Notes under the pieces: generated by a model
Told to the model about the DNA's origin: nothing
Databases searched by the model: none
Seen by the model: the letters and a program-made list of their open reading frames with translations, nothing else
Translations under genes and position numbers: made by a program
Shown here: positions 13,811 through 25,080 of the stretch, piece by piece
How the letters are laid out: each line of letters opens with the position of its first letter
Numbering within the stretch: position 1 is the first letter of the stretch
Source: Eledone cirrhosa
Taxonomy: Eukaryota
Direction: 5' to 3'
Assembly: GCA_964016885.1 (NCBI GenBank)
Contig: OZ024740.1
Span: 385,392,001 to 385,456,000 of the forward strand
DNA: 64,000 nucleotides

Positions 13811-13865
13811 GCGGCCCGTTTCCCGGGATGCAGAGAGGTAAGTGCCTTTTCTCTTTACCACCAAC

Positions 13866-16800
13866 ATGGCTGTGCTAAGAGTAGGGTGTCTAAATGCGCG
13901 TGGCCTGGGCTCGTCTTGGAAGCAAGCAATGCTTCTAAATGACCTCAGGTCACAATCTATAAATGTGATGGTTATCTGCGAGGCCCGGATCAGCAGCATG
14001 CGACAGCTAGCCCCCACCTTTGACGACTTTGAGATGCACGCATCTCTCTGTCAGCCCGGAGGTGGGGGTGGGGTTGTCGTTCTGCTGCAAAAACATATGG
14101 GCCTTGCAACACAGATAGTTCACTTGGACCCAGGGGGTCGACTGGTGGTGCTGGACCTTGGCAGTGGTGAAGGTAGAGCCTTTAGGCTGATAGCCGCATA
14201 TGCCCCTTTTGGGACAGAGCGGCCCGACTTTTTCCAGCGTCTGGAGTCTTTTCTAGGGACGTCCCGTTCCCTGCTTTTAGTGGGGGATTGGAATGGTATC
14301 CTGGATGCACGTTGGGACTATGCAGCGGCATGTCCCGATAGAGAGGGGTGCAACAGCCTCAAGGGGTTACTCGGCCGATTTGACCTGGCCGATAGATTTC
14401 GACTAGACTTTCCGACGGTGCCAACCTGGTCTTGGTCAAATCGCAGCGGATCATCTAGATCGTACCTAGATAGATTTTTAGTTAGAAATAAGGACAGGGA
14501 CTTTTTAAGTTGTCCAGAAATGCTCATGGTTGGCTATTCAGACCACAAGTTGGTGACCTGCATGGTCAACCTTGATAGAACGCATAGACAGGGCCCCGGT
14601 TACTGGAAGCTCAACTTGTCCTTGCCGGCAAGTAGAGCCTACAGGAATCGGATTAGTACGTTAGTTAAGGAACGGTTGACTGGAGCGATCGTCAACAGCA
14701 GGTGGTGGGTATCTCTAAAGAGAGAGATTAGAGTAGTCTCGATTGAATTTAGTAAGGTTCTAGCTGCGGATAGGAATAGGAAGGAAAGGGAGCTAATAGA
14801 TAGAGTACAAGAGGCAATTAGAAGCGGCGACGTGGCCAGAGTGCTAGCGTCGAGAACGGCTTTGAGCCAGTTTTTCGACGCGAAGCACGAAGGCTGCGTT
14901 GTCCGAAGTAAAATACGTGCTCTAGGGAACGAGGGGGCCAAAGCTGTTAGCTGGGCCCGCGTGACAGAGGCCAACAGTGGAACTAAATCCACCATCCGGT
15001 CTTTGCGAGACCTGGATGGACGGGCGATTCTTGAGCCTAAGCAGATGTGTGAGGCCTTTCAAATGCACTTTGCCCGACTGTTCGGGAGGGGCGGGGAGCA
15101 GGTTGGGAACGTGGACTTCGGTCCATACCTCGACGGCCTGCCGCGCCTCTCGGACAGGGAGGCGAAGTCCTGCGAGGAGCCGATTTCGGCCGCTGAGATA
15201 GAGGACGTGCTGAGCCAATGCGGCAAACGCAAATCCCCGGGTCTCGATGGTCTTCCTTACGAATTATATCTAGCTATGCCGGACTTGTTCCCCGATCTCC
15301 TCGAGGCGGTCTACTGCAACTGGCAACAGAACGGGAGAATTCCCTGTACTGTGACCAAGGGCGTAGTCACGCTAGTGAGGAAGGACGAGAACAAGGGGGA
15401 CGATATAAATAATTTCAGGCCCATAACTCTGCTAAATACAGAGTTACAGATTTTGGCCAAGGTGCTAGCAAAGAGGTTGGCGCTTGTCGTGGGTAACCTG
15501 GTGGGAGATGCGCAGACATGCGCTATCCCGTCCAGGTCCATCCATGACAACCTCCACCTCATGCGATACATCATAGAGAGGGTTGGGAACGAACCCGGCT
15601 TTGGTGGGGCTCTGATCAACTTGGATCAATCTAAGGCGTTCGATAGGGTCGACCATGGTTACCTGGATGCGGTGCTAGCGGCGGCAGGCTTCGGACCCGT
15701 TTTCAGGGGCTGGATCACTGCTATGCACAGCAGCCGCATCTGCTCTAGGGTCAAGGTGAACGGCTACCTCTCGGAGCCGTTCAAAATCGCGCGGTCCATC
15801 CGACAAGGGTGCCCTCTCTCCTCCCTTCTGTATGTGTTGACTCTCGAGCCACTACTGCGGAAGTTGGAGTTGTTGCAGGGCATCCCTTTGGAACCGGGAT
15901 TGCGGAAAGCGGTGTCAGCCTACGCCGATGATGTGACAGTAATGGTGTCGACGGCCTCCGAAATCGAGGCGGTCGGCACCTTACTGGAGGAGTACGAAAA
16001 GTTCACAGGGGCTAAGCTGAACCGGGACAAGTCGATCGGTTTGCAACTCGGCACGTGGAGGGGCAGACCGATGCCCTCTGATGGCGTCGTCGGACGCTGG
16101 ACGGAGGGCCCGGTGAAGTTGCTCGGGGTCTGGTTCGGACCGGACCTCCAGGTGGAGAAAAACTGGGCGGAGGTTACGAACAGGGTGTTTGCACTGACCC
16201 AGAAGTGGGCCAGTTGCAAACTATCCCTGAAAGGTCGGGCGGAGGTGGCGAACACTTATATAGCGTCCGTCATCTACTACCGCCTGACCGTAGTGCCCTG
16301 CCCAAGGGAAACCCTCACCAAGATGGAGCGCGCGCTCTTCCAATTCCTTTGGAAGAGGCGGGCTCCTATGGTGAGGAGATCCATCTGCTGTCAACACCCT
16401 TCGAAAGGAGGGCTGGGGATGCCGTGGCTAATGATGCGTAAACACGCATTAAGGCTACGGCACCTCTACGTATTCCTCACCGGACAACCGGTGTGGGCCT
16501 CGTTTGTGAGACGAACCTTTCCCAGACTCGTCTCACTCACCGAGCTGCAATCCTGGGTCAAGCAAAGACCGAGAAAACTGGGCGCCTGGCACACTGAGTG
16601 TGCCCAGGCGCTCACCGCCCTCTGGCAGGCGGATCCGGTTATCAGTGGAGACTCCACCGCAACATTCTATAGAGGGCTGGTACGCAGCAGGTGCGACGAC
16701 ACCCTCGGAGAAGCCCTGGACATGGAGGAGGACGAACTGGCCAGCCTGTTCGGTAGGACATTCAGCCCGGGACCTATGGACAACTTCCAGAAGTCCCTGG

Positions 16801-17303
16801 CCTGGCAGTGCTACCGAGGGGCTTTACCCGTTCGAGAAAGGCTCTACAGACACGGGCGCCCGGGTAGGGACCCCGCCAAAAAGATCTGTCCCAGATGCGT
16901 GTGCGACGAGGAAACCGTTGCACACGCATTGGTACACTGCTCGGGCGTAGCCGATCTGTGGGGCTATGTCGAACAACTGCTGTCAAGGGTGGGACCGATC
17001 CGGTTGACCACCGAGTCTATTGTAATGATCAAGCCGCCTCCCCCCTTCAAAGATGAAGCAGAGGCGGTGTTTCTGTGCGTAATAGCCATGGCGAAAGAGG
17101 TTGTATGGTGGACGCGTCTGAAAGGACTGAGGTCAGGCACCTTTCTCTCTGGCCAACAACTGGTCCGTTTCTTCCGATATCATTTCGGAAGAAGGATCAG
17201 GATGGAGAGAGAGGTGTTGCACCCCAGTCGTTTTTATGAAAGGGGGGTGAAAGTGGCGAGAATGGCCCGTGTGAATGGGCCTTCTCTTTACATAAGCCTG
17301 TAG
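13866..17303 (+). CDS. LINE ORF2p: APE endonuclease, reverse transcriptase and C-terminal zinc-binding motif (1145 aa)
   Basis: APE motifs LNARGL, ICEAR, GDWN, LDRF, SDH. RT motifs KSPGLDG, FRPITLLN, DQSKAFDRV, RQGCPLS, YADD (15921). C-terminal CPRCVCDEETVAHALVHC. No stops or frameshifts. Confidence 0.96.
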   Translation: MAVLRVGCLNARGLGSSWKQAMLLNDLRSQSINVMVICEARISSMRQLAPTFDDFEMHASLCQPGGGGGVVVLLQKHMGLATQIVHLDPGGRLVVLDLGSGEGRAFRLIAAYAPFGTERPDFFQRLESFLGTSRSLLLVGDWNGILDARWDYAAACPDREGCNSLKGLLGRFDLADRFRLDFPTVPTWSWSNRSGSSRSYLDRFLVRNKDRDFLSCPEMLMVGYSDHKLVTCMVNLDRTHRQGPGYWKLNLSLPASRAYRNRISTLVKERLTGAIVNSRWWVSLKREIRVVSIEFSKVLAADRNRKERELIDRVQEAIRSGDVARVLASRTALSQFFDAKHEGCVVRSKIRALGNEGAKAVSWARVTEANSGTKSTIRSLRDLDGRAILEPKQMCEAFQMHFARLFGRGGEQVGNVDFGPYLDGLPRLSDREAKSCEEPISAAEIEDVLSQCGKRKSPGLDGLPYELYLAMPDLFPDLLEAVYCNWQQNGRIPCTVTKGVVTLVRKDENKGDDINNFRPITLLNTELQILAKVLAKRLALVVGNLVGDAQTCAIPSRSIHDNLHLMRYIIERVGNEPGFGGALINLDQSKAFDRVDHGYLDAVLAAAGFGPVFRGWITAMHSSRICSRVKVNGYLSEPFKIARSIRQGCPLSSLLYVLTLEPLLRKLELLQGIPLEPGLRKAVSAYADDVTVMVSTASEIEAVGTLLEEYEKFTGAKLNRDKSIGLQLGTWRGRPMPSDGVVGRWTEGPVKLLGVWFGPDLQVEKNWAEVTNRVFALTQKWASCKLSLKGRAEVANTYIASVIYYRLTVVPCPRETLTKMERALFQFLWKRRAPMVRRSICCQHPSKGGLGMPWLMMRKHALRLRHLYVFLTGQPVWASFVRRTFPRLVSLTELQSWVKQRPRKLGAWHTECAQALTALWQADPVISGDSTATFYRGLVRSRCDDTLGEALDMEEDELASLFGRTFSPGPMDNFQKSLAWQCYRGALPVRERLYRHGRPGRDPAKKICPRCVCDEETVAHALVHCSGVADLWGYVEQLLSRVGPIRLTTESIVMIKPPPPFKDEAEAVFLCVIAMAKEVVWWTRLKGLRSGTFLSGQQLVRFFRYHFGRRIRMEREVLHPSRFYERGVKVARMARVNGPSLYISL

Positions 17304-17922
17304 GTGGAAAAGAGGAAGGAACGAGGGAGCACCCCCTCTCTGTGCTCCTGAGGAAAAGGGTTGCACACTTTTTTCGGGGGTGTGTGCGACCCCCCAAGGC
17401 GCCTCCTCTCTATTGAGGATTTTGTTAAAAATTTTATTTTTTGTTATATCTTATTTTATTTTTATATTTTGTTATTGCCTCCTCCTTATTGAGGACGCCT
17501 TTTTGTGTAAACTCCCCCCTTTGTACTTGTCCCACTTTTGATGCCCTAGTGGCAAATAAAAGAAACTTATCTATAGTCATCTACCTATGTATCTGTCTAT
17601 CTTTGAACTGTAAAAGCAACATCTATCTATCTGTCTGTCTATAGCTGTTTATTTAGGTGTATTTACCAATGTATCCATCTTCGGACAAAAACAAAGCAGA
17701 AATCCCAGCAGCAGTCCCTAGATTGATATATATATAGGGAAAACAAAATCACTGTAATTTAGTGGATATATGTTTGATAATGATTAAAGAAAATATGGAA
17801 GAAGATAATTGTAATTGACCCGCCCTAGATAGATAGAATGTAAAATGAAATAAGCTGCAGTGACAAGAAGGTCAAGGAAAATCAAGGGTTCAAACATCTT
17901 GAAATAGATTGTTGTAATCATG

Positions 17923-18530
17923 ATCATCATCATTGTTTTACGTCCATTCTTCCACACTAGCATGAGTTGACGTGTTGTCCTCTGTGGGCAATGCCGGGTC
18001 AGGTGACCATGTCTTGCTCATACTGGAACTGATTTTGGCTTGATTTCTACAGCTGGATGCCCTTCTTATGGCCAACCTCATTTACAGTGTGTACTGGGTG
18101 CTTTTTGACTGTGGCGCCTACACGGCCACTTTACAGTGTGGACTGGGTGCTTTTTGTCATGACATCTACATGACCACTTTGCAGTGGGAGGAGGGTGGCA
18201 TACTGTCTATATGCTTCAGCTTCGGCTTGTACCCATGGGAAGTTGGGTCTTCTGTATCACTGTGTAACGGCAGAGGTCTTGTTCCTATGTCAACGCCTTT
18301 GAGAGGTGCAATTGGGCAAGGTCAGCTTTCATCACCTAATCCCAGAGCTTCTTGGGTCCCCCCACTCCAAGGCTTCCATCGACTTTTAGTGCTCTCCACC
18401 TTTTTATGCTGCTGTCATCCTTCATACGCATCACATGTCCATACCAATGTAATCTCCTCTCCTGCATACAGCATTTGATTCTTCTTATACTTAGTCTCTC
18501 TCTCAATTCGTTTGTTTTGCCGTTCGTGTA
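17923..18530 (-). mobile_element. Older 3' fragment of the RTE family
   Basis: Diverged match to the 3' ORF and 3'UTR of 41290-42793, with a (GAT)n tail. Confidence 0.85.
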
Positions 18531-18765
18531 ATGAAGGAATTATTAAATTAAATATTTTTATTTTTTCAATAAACCTGTTGTATAGATGATATAGAAATAA
18601 TATTTATTTATTTAGGTTGAATCAGTCATGTTACTCTGGAATTTGACCTGTGCATTTATTGGGTCATCAGGAAAATCATCATCACCATAATTATCATAGT
18701 TTTTCTAAAATAGTGTTCATATGATGTTCACAATGACATGCATACACAGAGACACTCGTGCAGAT

Positions 18766-18936
<171 letters not shown>

Positions 18937-19337
18937 TGATGGCTGCAACTCGATTTTGAGTAATGTCGTCACTTGATACTTAAGCATGAGCATCACAGAC
19001 GTGACTTTTTAGTCCTGCTAGGGACTTGCCTATGGCCAGCAATACCATGCATCACAGAAAATGTCACATATCAAGCAATACCTGTGCTTGAAGATTTTTT
19101 TAAGTGAGGAAAGGCTTTGCACAGGGCCAATCCCACTCTCTAAACATTGAATGCATTTACCCACCAAGTAGAACTCGTCTACATGATGAACTTCTTCAGT
19201 TTCTGTCAACAAAATTCATCCTGCCAGAGTCTACCGTGAATAACACATGTTCAAGGTGTCATACAGTGGAACTGAATCAAAAATCCTGTGGTTCCAAAAT
19301 AAATTTCTTAACCTCACAGCTAGTCAACTAAAATAAC

Positions 19338-19342
<5 letters not shown>

Positions 19343-19409
<67 letters not shown>

Positions 19410-19418
19410 GTGTGTGTG
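19343..19418. repeat. (TG)n microsatellite
   Basis: Directly visible. Confidence 0.95.
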
Positions 19419-21379
19419 AGTGAGAACGAACATCTTAGCTTCTGATATATAACTTAGGTTAGCATTGTAGAGTAGGAGATAAATCTGGTTTTTATTCTTG
19501 GTTACAACCATTTCATTGGACTAACATTGCTAATGCCCTGGGGGAAAATATGAACACTACAATTTAAATTTCCAGTTTATCTGATGTTAATAGAACCCAT
19601 CTCTAATCAGTGAATGTCACCAATTATGAATAGTGAAACATTTAATATATGATTATATTTATTTCACAATAAGTAAGCTTGTCAATTCTATTTCTGGTTT
19701 TTGTTTCTTCCTTTTATATTGCATAATCTTTCCCCTAGTAACGAAAACTTGTGTATAAGGTATGGCAAAAACTGCCATATCTTGAATATAATCCTCAGAG
19801 TTAACCTAGTTTTTACTTTTTTCCTCTTTTTCTTATTTTTACTTCTTCATATCTACATGCTTTGCTCTTGATAATTTTCTATTATATGACTTCTTTGTCA
19901 ATGAATGTGTGTCAGCATTCTTTTTTGGTTTATTGCTGTCACACATCATTGTTAATATAGATCAATTAACTTGTCTACATTCTTTAATTGTTGATTCAAA
20001 TTTATTCATTTTTACAGAGTACATCAGTTCTTTACACAAAGGTAGGCTATCTGAATAGATCCTTGCCTGTTTATTATTGTTATTATTACTTTACTACGAT
20101 TTGCTCGCAGTTGGTGTATGCATGTAAATTCTGCATGTGTGACTGTCGGTTATTTACCTTGCAACTGATATAATTGTATAATAGTGTTATAAATTTATTC
20201 TGTTACAATTATAATCATCATTGTTTGTATTCATTTAACATTTTGATTTTATCAGCTTTTCCAGTTCCTATTCTATTAGTGATTTCAACAGTTATTGTCT
20301 TTTCAAATTAGTATTTAGTAAGTGTAAAATTTATAACAAGATGCCTTAAGTAAAAGATACAGAATTATAAACTAAAATATATATTCAATTGTTTATATAT
20401 ATATATATGATAGGGTGGGGTAAAATACCAGGTCTACCATAACCCATCAGAGTACTCGATACTTGGGCTAGTAGAGTGGATAATATGAAAAGTTTCAGGA
20501 CCCCGACGGCTGAGCTCCGACCGTTTGCATGATAAATCTTTGGTAGGAAAAGCATGAAGTAGGGGTTTTGTAAGACAATATTTATTTTAAACAAATTTAA
20601 TTGATTATGAAAATAGAGGGCTATGGAGTCATTTGACCTATTCCTCCACAAGCTGAATAATCCCCCTATTTGTTTTTATTTCCTAGTGAAATGGCTGAAT
20701 ATATAAGGTATTGTAAGTACCAGCTCATAGATCTGGAGTTCAAGTTCACTTCAAATATTTTGTTCTATCTTTGGACAGAGCACTTAGTTTTTTATTCCCC
20801 AGTTCAAAGGTAAAAATCAGATCTCATGGATATACTACTCCATATAGATTAATTTTCTAATTGATTGAAATATATGCCTCTTCTAGTTAATAGTATAACA
20901 TTAAAGTTAAGCTATTGCCTTTTACTCTCTGGAGACATTTGTAGTTCTCTCTTCTTTTTACTGGTTGAGATAAATGATTACACCAGTTGCTATTTGTTAG
21001 TTCATATATGTCTGTCTATACCCTAAGGTTTTACTGTTCAAATAAAGTGGACATTTTTTTAATTAAGATTAATAAATGCAGTTTTTGGAATAGAAATGAA
21101 ATAGCAGAAACATAATAATCTGCAGATGCAATATTGCAGCATGTCTATATAGAAACATTGATTAATAAGCAAATGAAATATCATACGTTTTTAACTATAG
21201 GCAAGTGTTTTCTTTAATGCATATGATCATTTTCATTACTTTCAGTTAACTTTAACTAGCTTCTATCAAACTGGAAAATTGTTTAGAGTTTGTCCAATAC
21301 GTCTAATTTATGACAACTTATCTAAAATTGTTAATGTATTTTCTGTTATTAATGCTGTCATATTTGGTACCACAATAAA

Positions 21380-21596
21380 GAACATCCAGTCCAGTCATGA
21401 TAAAATGATCTCAGTATACACATGCAATGTGGTTGGTGTTTGGAAGAACATCTAACCGTAAAAACCAAGCCAAAAATTAAACGTATGGGCAAGATGTAGT
21501 CATCTGACCAGACTTGCTTCAGAACATGACAAACCATCTAACCCATGCAAGCATGGAAAATAGATGTTAAATAGTGATGATAATGATGATGATGAC
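21380..21596 (+). mobile_element. Degenerate RTE 3'UTR (or RTE-tailed SINE) remnant
   Basis: ggttggtgtttggaagaacatcta...ccatgcaagcatggaaaatagatgttaaatagtgatgat matches the RTE 3' end. Similar remnants at 32635-32702, 44700-44940, 45930-45990 and 63237-63280. Confidence 0.7.
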
Positions 21597-22608
21597 TGTG
21601 AGTTTAGTGTGGATAATTATGATGAGCTTGTTAGTACTCATAGAATTACCCAGGTCTATTCTGGTCTGACTGAGCTAAGATTACAGAAGTACCAACCATG
21701 ACAGTTGTCAAAGACACATCAACCTCCCTACTGATTGCGCCACATTAAAATGCACTTGGTGCACTCAGTAGAGTGTGGAAACATAGATAAGCAGGACCCC
21801 CCCCCCCCCCCCCCTTGCCATACAGTTTCATATGAAGGAACTTTTAACAAGTGACATGAGCATGCAAACGTCTCCAATTGATTCCACAACTTGCAGACTG
21901 AGTTGAAAAAACGCAATATTTATTAAAAACATGCAAGTTTTGAATTAAGAACCTTTTCAATGGTGTTAGCAATGCAAAGGAAATGAAATGGAAGTAGCTT
22001 TGGATCATAGATTCAGTTTGGTGAGACATTTGACCTAATGGTTTAGGTGTTTGACTGATGATTATAAAGTCATGGGTTCACTTCCTGGACTAGGTGCATG
22101 TTATATTCTTGAGGACAAAGTTTCATATTATGTTCCTTTTCATGATAGGACTGACCCCCTATCATTAAATTACCCAAGAAACCTCTTATGAGCTGCAACC
22201 TTGTTGGAGGTGATTTAAACCTGCATAGGCTGGAGCTTTAATTTTCATTTTCATTTTTCATTTATATTTTGGTGAGAAAATACATCACATTTAGGATCTG
22301 TTCTCAGTTGGAATGTTTTCACTTTATTTGCATTGTCTGTATTGTTTATGGAAAAGCATGCACATTAGAATTCTTTATTTTCTCTTAACTACAAATGTTA
22401 GGTTCCTAGTATATTATCTTGATCAATATTCTAACATGAAGTAGTAATTCTATATTTAAATTATACCTGGATTAATTAACTTTTATGTCTTGAGCATCCC
22501 AATTCTTATGTTATTCAATCAAGATTTTGTGTTCTGAATATATAATGTCAGCATTTGGTAGATATTGATGTGTGTGTGTGTGTGCACGTTTGTGTGTAGG
22601 CATGATTG

Positions 22609-22648
<40 letters not shown>

Positions 22649-22899
22649 ATATATATGCATCCTAATCAATATCATGTTTCTCTCTTTTCTCCAGTTTTTC
22701 CAGGCTTATCCTTTTGCTTTTATGGCCCTCTCTGCTCTATCATTCAACCATCACATCCTTTTCCATGTTACTGAGACCTTGCCTCAACCACAGAGCTGGT
22801 CTGTGGTTGTCAGCACGTTGTCTTGACAAATTCCCAATGCTTCTGTCTCTCTTCTTTACTGTCAAAAGCACAGAGAAGGGTTCATCTGAATTTGTTGCC

Positions 22900-23690
22900 A
22901 TCTTCTATATCTTTCTTCTCCAGACCAATTTTTCTCTCTCAGTCTAGTCTGTACTCTAAGGTCACTGATAACTAATCTATGTTGGGAGGTACATTCTTCA
23001 CAAAGGAAGGACTTGGCATTCATGACCATTTTCCTATCTCATTTCCTGGTGTGTATGAAGTCAATGTGATTTCTTTGTCCCCCTGATCAGTAGATAATCA
23101 GGTGGTTGGCCTGTTTCCTGAAGTTCATCTTACAAATAGGTCATATGCATCACAGAAAGAACTTCAGAAGACTAGTGCTCTACTCATTTCTTGTATTATA
23201 CCCACAGCCTCTATGCACACCAGGAAAGCCACTTACAGTGTTTCCCAACATGTCCATTGAAGTCATCATCTGTGATAACGAGACCACTCTTATTTATTAC
23301 TGAGGTCATCTGTAAAGGGACCTCATAAAAGTGGTTCTTCTACTTGTCTTCATATCCAGTTTGTGGAGCATATGCATTTATAATAGCTATTGTGCTGCTC
23401 AAGTCTAGTCTAAGTTTAAAACAACTATTAAATTTACTGACTTCTGCCAATTACCTGATCAACCCATTTCTTAGCTAACAGTATTCCTAAACTCCCAACA
23501 TCATCGCTGCTACCATCCCAGAAGAATTTGTACCTAGTTTCCTTTCTTTTGATGAATTGGGCCCAATCCTCTCTCCACGTTTTTATGCAGTGTGTTCATC
23601 TACTCATCTTAGTTCTAGCATTTCCACAATCTAGCAAAACCTACCTTTCATGGTTCCAACATTTATAGTGGCAACTATAAAGTACTTCAC
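22900..23690 (-). mobile_element. Ancient RTE endonuclease-region fragment
   Basis: Minus strand retains VATINVGTMKGR..IVEMLE, LLAKKWVDQVI, INAYAPQTG and KSFLCEECTSQHRLVISDLRV, colinear with the APE domain of the 37-41 kb RTE. Many stops. Confidence 0.75.
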
Positions 23691-24409
23691 CTGATAGGAA
23701 GAAGATTGCATAGGTGTCAACTTGTCCAGGTCCTGGCTGAAAGAGTGTCGTGCTCTTTTTCTGGGCTTTAACAATAAAAGATCTATGCAACCACTTTACG
23801 TATGTTAGTCAGGAGACTAACATACACAATAAATTCTCTCATATTCTGTATTATCACTCAAGTATTTGTAGTGACTGGCAGCACTACTGTCTATTAAAAC
23901 TACCACTAGGTCTATCATATTATAGCAGTATAAGCATCCAACATAATAGTGTAAGGTGGGGGGATATAAGTATATACCAATACAGAAGCACATGCAACAT
24001 TTACACTCACATATATGTAGGTGGGGGGGGGGCTGATGTCTTCATTGGAGAGCATAATAGAGTTGTCTTTATAAGGTGTGGAGGTGGGTGAACATGGGTA
24101 AAATGGCTTTTAGCTGGTTGATTGCTATAGTTTGTTTGATATTCCAAAGATGAAATAAAATAAAGGATTGTTCTAAAAGCCGTCTCTTTCAGAAGACTTT
24201 AAAAGCTAAACTTAATTTACCTAAAATTAAAAGCTAATGTAAAATGAAGAGGAAGAAACTGTATAATATCACAAAGAAAAGAAACTATACTAGCACACAG
24301 TTTCAAAGATGCTGCTCATGTCTAGAGTATTTGTAGCTATGACTTTTGAACATGTTACTATGGTCTATAAGCATTTCATTTGGGTTATACATGGCAGAAG
24401 AATGATCAG

Positions 24410-25080
24410 TCTTCTTCTTTCCTCACTTATTCCTTCTCTATTCTCAGGCCAAATTTTATCCTCCCTACCTTGCTGTATTTGGGATCTTTAATTGCTCTCC
24501 TGACCTCAGCCTCTGAGAGGTTAGTCATTGTTCTCAAATGCACCTTGTATACATCAAAAGATGCTGTTTTGACCAGGTTTAGAAGATCAGCAAAGTATTC
24601 CCTCCATTTTGAGAAAATGCACTGCTCTGAAGAGAGAACTCCAGATGAAGGTGTGAAGGAGGACTTCTTATTACAGTCAGTAGATGGTCTGCCAGAACAC
24701 TTTATTTGCTAATCTGAAGTCAGATTCCAGCTTAATGCCAAAGTCCTCCCATGTCTTAACTTTGTATGCCTTTACTGTCTCTGCTGTGACTTTTTATGCA
24801 TGCTTGTACCACAAGTGCAAGAAGGCGGACTTATTTTCGAACCAATTTTTGTAAATCTCCTTCTTTACTTGGGTGGCATCTTTGACCATTTGATTGAATC
24901 AAGAGGCCCTCCTGCCATCTGGTACCACAGCAAACTGCTTTTGCCTACAGCATTTAACAGCTGAAGCAGAAACCATGGAACTGAAGTCTCCACTTCATTT
25001 CAATGTCCTCAGTTTGCTCAGGGAGTTTTCTGAACTTAGATGCAATGATCACAGTAATCTTCTAATTCAGTGAGCCAGTG
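24410..25080 (-). mobile_element. Ancient Expander/RTE-1-like linker-region fragment
   Basis: Minus strand reads KTWEDFGIKLESDFRLANKVFWQTI...SKWREYFADLLNL, typical of the EN-RT linker of this RTE subgroup. Confidence 0.6.

Larger units (their letters stand above)
12204..17567 (+). mobile_element. L1/Tx1-clade non-LTR retrotransposon, nearly full length
   Basis: ORF1 with a CCHC knuckle, intact ORF2 (APE-RT-C-terminal Zn motif), 3'UTR with AATAAA at 17555. Candidate 8-bp TSD TATCTATA at 12196-12203 and 17568-17575. Confidence 0.93.

Noticed and set aside
13009-17397. Antisense and alternate-frame ORFs within the L1/Tx1 element (likewise in RTE copies)
   Set aside because: Shadow ORFs of GC-rich or skewed coding sequence, with no motifs.
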